Assembly: GCA_947085095.1 (NCBI GenBank)
Contig: CAMTVD010000013.1
Coordinates: 61,360-125,359 of the forward strand
DNA: 64,000 bases
Origin: an uncultured Thermus sp.
Lineage (GTDB): Bacteria; Deinococcota; Deinococci; Deinococcales; Thermaceae
Reading direction: 5' to 3'
How positions within the stretch are numbered: position 1 is the first letter of the stretch; every line of letters starts with the position of its first letter. The notes under the pieces are model-generated. The model searched no databases. It was not told where the DNA came from and saw only the letters and a program-made list of their open reading frames with translations. Both the position numbers and the translations under genes were made by a program. Shown one piece after another: positions 10,446 to 17,600 of this stretch.

Positions 10446-12416
10446 TCATGCGTAGTCCCCACACGCGCGGGGATAGTTCAACATTTGCTTGGGGGAAGCG
10501 CTTTCCCCGAGGGTTCTTCCCTCACCCGAGGCGATAGGCTCGGGGTCAGCCACGCTCAAGGGAAGGGCGCTGGGATGGTAGAGGCCCCCCGCTACCTTGG
10601 TAAGCCAATAGACCTGGGTCACGGCTTCTTCCAAGCGCAAGTCTCCATGGATCACTTCCACACTCAGGGCCTTGGGCCAGCCGGGGTGACCAGGGTGGGC
10701 GTGAAGGTAGGCCAGCTCCGGGAGGGCCCGGAAGTAGGTGCCCAAGGGTAAGACCTTTTTGGAGAACCGGAGGCGGGTTGACTTGATTCGGATTAAGGGC
10801 GACCGTACCCAGCTGAGCACCTCTTCTAGGGCCTCGTCGCTCCCACGGAAGTGGACCACCAACGGGTAGGGAAGCGTTTTTTGTGGCAGGTTCCAGCCTT
10901 GGTCGGTGAGCTGCCCCTCCGGAGAGAGGAGCCTCCAGAAGAAGCCATCCCGGGTGCGAACGATGCCGAGCACGTGGTGGGTGAGTCCCTCCAGCAAAAA
11001 AGGGATACCGCCCGCCTTGCGGGCCAGGCTGTAGGCCAGCTCGTGCACATGCGGTCGTTCCAGGAGGGTGGAAGGATTAACCCACTTTACGATCCGGGCG
11101 GAAATCTCCAGGGTCGCGTGCAACTGTTGGAGGACTTTCCGGGCCACGTCTTCCGGTGCGAGGAGAAGCGCGATGTCCGCAGGAAGCGGGCCCCCTTCCA
11201 CGGCTTTGCCTGTCTTGGGATCGTAGATCAAAGGGGGAACCTGGAGCTTCAAAGAAGCCCCCATTCTCTCCCAGATCTCTAGGAAGCTTGGCAAAGAAGG
11301 AGTCAAGGCGAGAAGGCGTTTCCCCTCAGAGGACTTTTTAAGTTGGTTTTGATCCACAAAATGGCGAAGGAGGAGCTGCCGAGCGCTCAGAGAGACTTCT
11401 TCCTTTGCGTAGGCAGAACGGCTTTCCCGCCATTCCGGTTCTGCCCGAGGCTTGAATTTGATATGAGGTTGGGTGTGGCCTGCAGGGCGTTTTAGAAAAA
11501 CGGAGATTTCCATGTAGGGAAAGGCGAGGTGGAAGGTAACCTTCCCCGGAGGGCGGAAGAACCCTTTTTGGAGCACCTCCTTTGGCTCGCGGCCCAAACC
11601 TTGGCCCATCCGAAGGGCGCCCTGGCTAACGGAAGCCAGGTGCTCCTGGGGGATGCGCCAAGGCCTAGGGTCCAGTACCCCTTGGAAGATCAGGCGCACC
11701 TTGTCCTCGAGGTCCTTAAACCTGAACTGGCTTTCCCAAAAGGCGTCCTGGGAGAGTTGGCGAAGACCCGAGCCGCTGGCGGGCGGAGCTTCTATGTGCG
11801 AAAGGACTTGGGGATGAAGGAGGAGGTGGGCATCGGGGGGAGCTTTTTCCAGGGGGACGCTCCTCCTCTGGTGGGGGACCAGGGCTTTAAGGGGGTGGCT
11901 TTCCTGCAAGGCCTTGATGTGCTGGAGCACCTCGCTTCCCAGCTCGGCTAGGGTGGCCTTCGTGAGCGCTCGCTTTTCCAAGTCCACCAGGGCGAAGTAG
12001 GCCTCCCCGAGGCGCACCGCCTCCACCCAGTATCCCTGGTGTAGGCGCACCTCCAGGGGAATCTTAGGGCCAAGAGCAAGGTAGCCCATTATCTCCACGT
12101 AGTCCTCGGGGTCAAACCACACCCCGCCGTTGCGGTAGAAGCCCTTCCGGGTGAGAAAGCGGTGGAGGTAGCCGTTGAAGGCCTTCGTCGCTTCCTTTGC
12201 CCCTTTCGGCGTGAGCGTTCCAAGCAAGGGGGCGCGGGCCTGGGGGTCCTCCACCCCGTAGACCCAGACCTCTTGCCCACGGATCTCGGCGAAGAAGCCC
12301 TCCGCCCGCAGGTAGGCCAAAAACTTCTGGGGCGCTCGGTGCCGGTACCGGTAGACCCGGAGGGCATCCGGGCTGACGAGAAGGGGAAAGAGGTTGACCT
12401 CGTACAACGGGCTCAC
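10446..12416 (-). CDS. Divergent prokaryotic Argonaute-like protein (N-L1-reduced PAZ-L2-MID-PIWI), predicted catalytically inactive
   Basis: Colinear motif matches to recalled TtAgo: VNLFPL~LNRFAL; YFALVDLEKRAL~FLLEVDPAYRIL; EPKEVLQKGFFRP~KPADALRVGFYRA; LARKAGG~LLAKAG; GTYF..GWPKALSVE..GDLRLEEAVTQVYWLTK..PSALPLSV~GLYV..GTPRPLKLV..GDTPLEALAHQIFHLTR..PRLPAPL. Start GTG 12416 overlaps upstream TGA (GTGA). Confidence 0.75.
   Translation of the reverse strand: MSPLYEVNLFPLLVSPDALRVYRYRHRAPQKFLAYLRAEGFFAEIRGQEVWVYGVEDPQARAPLLGTLTPKGAKEATKAFNGYLHRFLTRKGFYRNGGVWFDPEDYVEIMGYLALGPKIPLEVRLHQGYWVEAVRLGEAYFALVDLEKRALTKATLAELGSEVLQHIKALQESHPLKALVPHQRRSVPLEKAPPDAHLLLHPQVLSHIEAPPASGSGLRQLSQDAFWESQFRFKDLEDKVRLIFQGVLDPRPWRIPQEHLASVSQGALRMGQGLGREPKEVLQKGFFRPPGKVTFHLAFPYMEISVFLKRPAGHTQPHIKFKPRAEPEWRESRSAYAKEEVSLSARQLLLRHFVDQNQLKKSSEGKRLLALTPSLPSFLEIWERMGASLKLQVPPLIYDPKTGKAVEGGPLPADIALLLAPEDVARKVLQQLHATLEISARIVKWVNPSTLLERPHVHELAYSLARKAGGIPFLLEGLTHHVLGIVRTRDGFFWRLLSPEGQLTDQGWNLPQKTLPYPLVVHFRGSDEALEEVLSWVRSPLIRIKSTRLRFSKKVLPLGTYFRALPELAYLHAHPGHPGWPKALSVEVIHGDLRLEEAVTQVYWLTKVAGGLYHPSALPLSVADPEPIASGEGRTLGESASPKQMLNYPRACGDYA
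10452..10480 (+). CRISPR. Solitary degenerate type I-E-like CRISPR repeat (B), preceded by a leader-like stretch
   Basis: GTAGTCCCCACACGCGCGGGGATAGTTCA; 21/29 identical to repeat A in opposite orientation; upstream 10370-10451 is comparatively AT-rich with TTGACA at 10373. Confidence 0.65.
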
Positions 12417-14404
12417 ACTCCCAGAAATGGACTGGGTTCGCCCCAGTATCCGACCCAAAGCTGTTCCCGGGCGCGGGAAAAGGCCACGTAGAGGAGGTTG
12501 CGGTCCTGTTCCACCAAAGCTTCCCGGTCCCGCTCCGAGGGAGCCTTCCTCAGCAAGGACTCTAGGGGGAAGAGGTTGTGGTTGACTCCATATACGGCCA
12601 CCGCTCGGAACTCCAGGCCCTTAGCGCTGTGGACTGTCCCCACCCGCACCCCTTCCCCTTGCTCCTCTTTATCGGAAAGGAGGGTGGCCTGAATACCTTG
12701 GGCCTCCAAGGTATCCCGGAGGTGTCTGGCCAGGTCCCACACCCTTGCCAGCACCCCAACCTCCTCGGGCGGAACTCCAAAGTCCAGGTGGCTTCTCACC
12801 CAAGCCACCAGATCAGCGGTACAGCTTTCCTGGGTACCGAAGCCTCGGATCGTGGGCTTAGGACCCCGGAGAAGGGAAAGGACCTCCCGCATCTCCTCCT
12901 CCACCTCAGGGGGGAGGACGCCTTCGGCGGCCTGGGCGATCTCCCGGGTGGTGCGGTAGTTCACCTTGAGGCGGATGGAGCGGCCCCGGACCTCGAGGCC
13001 CAAGGCCTGCCAGGAAAGGGGCCCCCGGTAGATCCGCTGGGCGGGGTCCAGGGCGAAGAAGAGGTTGTCCGGACCCTCCTCCACCAGGGCGCGCAGGAAG
13101 AGGAGCTCCGCGGGACCCAGGTCCTGGGCCTCGTCCACCACCGCCGCCCGGAAGCGGGGAAGCTCGCCCGCTTCCCCTTTGGCCCGCAAGCGGTGCAGGA
13201 GCCGGTTGAAGGTGAGAAGCCCCTCAGCCTCCATCCTTTCCCAGACCTTTTGAAAGACATCAAAGAGCCTGCGCCGCTCCCTAGCGGTGAGGGGTACGCC
13301 CCGGCCGCTACGGGGGAAGCTTTTGTATAGGTCCCACTCGTATAAACCAAAGCTATCCACAAAAGCAAACTCCGAGCGCAGGAACTCGGGCTCGTGGCCC
13401 GTGGTTTCCCCGGCCTCCAGGAGCCAGGGTAGGTAGGTCTCCTCCTTGGCGATCCTGGCTGGGCCAAGCTGCTGGCTGTGGAGCCGCACGGCGAGGCTGT
13501 GGAGGTTTTCCACGTGGAGGTTCGGGGGCACCTCACCCAGGAGAAGGCGGAGCCCCGTGCGGAGGCGGGCTACCAGGAAGCGGTTGAAGGAGGTAAGGAG
13601 GAGGGGTGCCTCAGGGTAGTGCCGGGCCAAGGTGGCCGCCCGATGGAGGGCCACCACGGTCTTGCCGGTGCCCGCGGGGCCCGTTACCCGGGCAGGCCCC
13701 TGAAAGTTGCGTTCCACCGCCTCCCGCTGGGCAGGGTGGAGAAAAACCATCCACCGTTCCCATGGGTAGGCTAGGGCCCGCCGGAGCTCCTCCAAATCGC
13801 GGATAAACTGCAAGTGTTGCCGGGTAAGGGGGTGTCGGGCCAGGTCCTCCAGGGTGCTCACCTTGGGGGGCGGCACCACCATCTTGCCCGCATATAGGTC
13901 CAGGAGCCTCTCCTGGACATCCTGGGGCAAGCCGGAAAGAAGCTCCTCCAATTCCTCCTCGGCTTCCACGAGGCGAAGAGGCTTGATGTAGGAGGGGGGC
14001 ACCCCCAGGTCCAGGAGGTAGTCTTCAGGGTAGTTGAGGAGGGGGCGGATTTCCCGGGATACCACCCTCTTCTCTTCCACCACGCGGAAAATCTGAAGGG
14101 TACCCGTCCTGGGGTGGACCTCCACCTGGTGGTTCTCGGCCCAGCGGTAGGCGTCGTCGTGGTGGCCCACGTAGGCCAAAATGAACCCCACTTCTGGGTG
14201 CTCGTAAAGGATGATGCGGAGGTCCATGTTGACGTAGAGGGACCAGAACCCCTTGGTCTTAAGTTTTTCCAGCTTGTGCATTTTTAAGCTGGGATGCCTG
14301 GGATTCTGGAGGAAGAGGAAGACGGTTTCCCGCACCCGGTCCTGCTCTTCCCTGGTGAGCTTTGTAAGGCTTTTATAAAAAGAGTCCGCGATGGCCACAC
14401 TCAT
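12413..14404 (-). CDS. UvrD/SF1 helicase with N-terminal RelE/ParE-like toxin domain
   Basis: N-term F-x-KSL-x-KL...NP-x-HPSL-x2-HKL...WS-x2-V-x2-DLRII...YVGHHD-x-AY; helicase motifs GPAGTGKT, VDEAQD, DPAQRIY, NYRTT, TVHSAKGLEF, LLYVAFSRAR; AAGGGGG RBS before ATG 14404. Confidence 0.85.
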   Translation of the reverse strand: MSVAIADSFYKSLTKLTREEQDRVRETVFLFLQNPRHPSLKMHKLEKLKTKGFWSLYVNMDLRIILYEHPEVGFILAYVGHHDDAYRWAENHQVEVHPRTGTLQIFRVVEEKRVVSREIRPLLNYPEDYLLDLGVPPSYIKPLRLVEAEEELEELLSGLPQDVQERLLDLYAGKMVVPPPKVSTLEDLARHPLTRQHLQFIRDLEELRRALAYPWERWMVFLHPAQREAVERNFQGPARVTGPAGTGKTVVALHRAATLARHYPEAPLLLTSFNRFLVARLRTGLRLLLGEVPPNLHVENLHSLAVRLHSQQLGPARIAKEETYLPWLLEAGETTGHEPEFLRSEFAFVDSFGLYEWDLYKSFPRSGRGVPLTARERRRLFDVFQKVWERMEAEGLLTFNRLLHRLRAKGEAGELPRFRAAVVDEAQDLGPAELLFLRALVEEGPDNLFFALDPAQRIYRGPLSWQALGLEVRGRSIRLKVNYRTTREIAQAAEGVLPPEVEEEMREVLSLLRGPKPTIRGFGTQESCTADLVAWVRSHLDFGVPPEEVGVLARVWDLARHLRDTLEAQGIQATLLSDKEEQGEGVRVGTVHSAKGLEFRAVAVYGVNHNLFPLESLLRKAPSERDREALVEQDRNLLYVAFSRAREQLWVGYWGEPSPFLGV

Positions 14405-14414
14405 GGACACCCCC

Positions 14415-14654
14415 TTACCCCTTCAAGTATTCCGCCACCATCTCCGGGGACGTGTGGGGTTTGACCACGAGGCCGAACCCCTCGAGGCCCTGGGGCACCA
14501 GGCGCTTCGTTCCCCAGCGGGCGATACTCTGCCCCACGACCTTTCCTCCTTGGACCAGATCCTCCCCCACCTCGTCCGGCGGGGGAAGCCCCAGGCGGCG
14601 AAGCCCCTCAAGGAGCGGCCGGTAGGCGGCATCCACGAGTTCCAAGGCCTCCTC
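14415..14654 (-). pseudogene. Detached C-terminal ~80-aa domain of the upstream DEAH helicase (in frame after a TGA)
   Basis: Frame continues ...SRED*EEALELVDAAYRPLL...; homologous to the C-terminal domain of the BrxL-like protein, where the TGA position is Trp. Confidence 0.7.
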
Positions 14655-17600
14655 TCAATCCTCCCGGGACCCAGGCCGAAGAAGCTGGACCAGCTCGGCG
14701 AAGGCCTCGTCCCAGGGTTCCCCGTCCCGGAAGACCACGTAGGGAACGCCGAGAAGGGTGAGGCGCTGGCGGAGTTCCCGGTCCTTTTGGGCCCGTTCGG
14801 GGTCTTCGTGGGAGGGACCGTCCACGTAGACCCCCACCCCCCGGTCGTAGAAGAAGTCCAGGCGGGTGAAGGTTTGGCCCACCTCGAGGGTGTACTGGGC
14901 CCGCTCCGGGAGGGGAACCCCGCGGCGATGGCACTCCAAGAGCCAGCGCCGTTCCAGTTCGCTTTGGCACGCCTCCAGCAGCCTCGCCAGACGGGGGTCC
15001 TCCCCGTCCGGTTGCGTTTCCGTGAACTGGGCCCCCAGGAGCTGGCGGAAGAGGGGCAGGACCAGGTTCCGGTCCAAATGGGGGTGGTCCGCCTGGTTCC
15101 CGTAGTCCATGAGGCAGTCGTAGCAGGCCCGCTCGCACCCCTCCTCGCCTTGGTGCATGAGGCGGAGGGCGGTTTCCACCAGCTCGTGGAAGGGGTGGGG
15201 CTCCTCCAGCGAAGGCCACTCCGCCAGGGCCGCTAGGGCCCCCAGCCCCCCCTCCTGTCCCTCCACCAGGACCACCCGGTAGGGGATGCGGGGCTCTGGG
15301 GTGGGTTGGAGGAAGCCGAAGAGCTCCTCCTCGGAAAGCTCCAAGGTGATGAGGGCGGCCTTGCGGAAGGCGGCCAGAAGGCTCTTGTAAAAGGCCGTGG
15401 TCTGTTGCCTATCCAGCTCCGGGGGGAAGGGCACCTCCAGGGCCACCAGGTCGCTTTCCGCGCGGGCCTCGAGCACCAACCCCCCACGCAGATCCTCCTC
15501 GGTGCCCCCTTGGGGGCAGCGGCCGGACCCGCCCTCCCTCCAGGGATGCTCCTTGAGCTCCTTTTGGGTGAGGAGGAAGCGGCGGCAACGGCGGCAGTAG
15601 ACGAAGCCGGGGCCCACGGGGAGGTCGTCCTCCTCGTCCAAGAACCAGGCCCTGAGGCCCTGGTTGAGGGCCACCACCTCGGCGTTGTGCTCGTAGAGGA
15701 GGCGGACGTCCCGGTAGGCCAGGACCCTGGGGGACCTCCTCCGCCAGTGCCACTCCACCTGGTACCCCAGGCGGACCCGGTCCTCCTCCTCGCTCCCGAT
15801 CCGCCGCCGGGGGAGGCCCAAAAGGACGGGGGGCGGGAGGAGGCGCAAGGAGGGGGGGAGCTCGGCCAGGTTCCTCCCGCACGAGGGGCAGGTGCTGGCC
15901 CCTTCCGCCTCCTCCACGTGGCCGCAGGCGCACCGCTTGGCGGGACGGAAGGAGTCCTCCTTGGGCACGAAGGCCAGGCGCTCCAGGTGGTAGCGGCGGG
16001 CCCCGTAGTAGACGCTGTTCCCGGGGGCCAGCTCCGTGAGGGCGATGAAGATGGGGCGCTCCAGGCGGCGCACCTCGCCCCCGGGGGTGTGAAGCTCGGC
16101 CCAGGTGGTGGCCCGGCCAAAGGCGTAGTTGGGGAGGAAGCCCCGGCTTTCCAAGTAGTCGCGGAAGTCCATCTCCACCAGGTACCGGCGTTCCCGGTCC
16201 GCCCGCTCCACCTCGGCCCTGACCTCGTCCCGGTGGTCGTGCTTGGGCCCCATATACCCGAGGCGCGTGGCGTACTCCGTGTACCGCTTTTGGGCGTCCA
16301 GGTAGGCCTCGCGCCAGGGGGAAAGCTCGGCGTCCATTTCCGCCACGAACCCGTCCACGGTCCCGGCGATGAGGTCCTCGTTGAGCCAGGGAAAGAGGGC
16401 CATCTCCCGGGCGAAGGCCTCCTTCACCGCCTTGAGCGTGGCCTCCCGGTAGCGGGCAAGCCTTTCCTCTAGGTCCTTTCGGAAGCGGGGGAGGAGGGGG
16501 TAGAAGTGGACCTGGTCCTCGTAGTCCACCGCCAGGCCCACCTTCCCGGGTAGGGAGAAGCCATCCTGGGCCAGGACCTCGAGGACCAGCGCCCGGATGT
16601 GGGCCTTGATGAGCCTCGGGTTGTCCAGGAGGAAGCGGGGGGCCTGGATGCTGCCCCGGACCATCTTTTGCGGGAAGCGGTAGAAGTACTGGTCGTGCCC
16701 CTGGGCCCCGGCGAAGGCCTGGATCAGGGCGGGCTGGCCCTTCCGCCCCGCCCGGCCCGAGCGCTGGGCGTAGCTGGCGGGGGAAGGGGGGATGTTGCGC
16801 AGGTAGACGGAGGAAAGGGCCCCGATGTCAATGCCCATCTCCAGGGTGGGGGTGGCCACCAGGACGCTCAAGGGGTCTTGGGGGTTGCGGAAGCGCTCCT
16901 CCAGCCTCCGCCTCTCCTCCCCGGGAACCTGGCCGGAGTGGGAGCGGGCCTCGAGGGCCAGGGGGAAGACCCGCCTCTGGTAAAGCTCCCGGTAGAAGGG
17001 GTGGACCTCCCGCTCCTCCAGGGCCTGGGCGGGGTACTCGGGGGAAAGGCGGAGGGCGTAGAGGTGGCCGGTGTAGGTGCTCCGGGGGCAGAAGAGGAAG
17101 CGCCCCTCGGTCTTCTCCAGGAGAATGGCCGTGGGGCTTATGGCCAGGCCCACCACCTTCTCCCGGCCCCGGGCGGGAAACTCCCAGGGGACGAGGACCC
17201 TTTGCTCCTTCAGGGCCCGGACCAGCCGCTTGAGGAGGGCCTGGGCCTCCTGCCGGGGCAGGAGGAGGGCCCGCATGGTCCAGGCCTCAAAGGGGCTCGG
17301 CCTGCGCTCGCCGTAAAGCCCGAAGGTGTGGCCGAACCGGGGCGCGCGGAGGGCTTTGCTCTCCAGGAGGATGGCCGCCCCCACTGGGTCCACGAAGACC
17401 TCCTGGGGGAAGGCGGCCAGGGGCTCTTCCACCTCGCTGCGGAAGGCGTAGGGGTTGAGGAGGGGGTGGTGGATGGCCCCGCGGCGGCGCATGAGGTCCA
17501 AAAGACCCACCAGGTAGTCCCGGCGCACCTCCAAGGGAGCGCTCACCCCCTGCCAGAGGTCCTCGTCCTTTAGGAGCTCCTCCAGGCGGCGGTAGGTGTA

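Noticed and set aside
10114..10480. Functional CRISPR array / CRISPR-Cas locus
   Set aside because: Only two degenerate repeats, inverted and 309 bp apart; no repeat-spacer periodicity; no cas genes in window
10446..12416. Ordinary TtAgo orthologue
   Set aside because: Only scattered motif similarity, catalytic Asp residues replaced, PAZ reduced, different gene context
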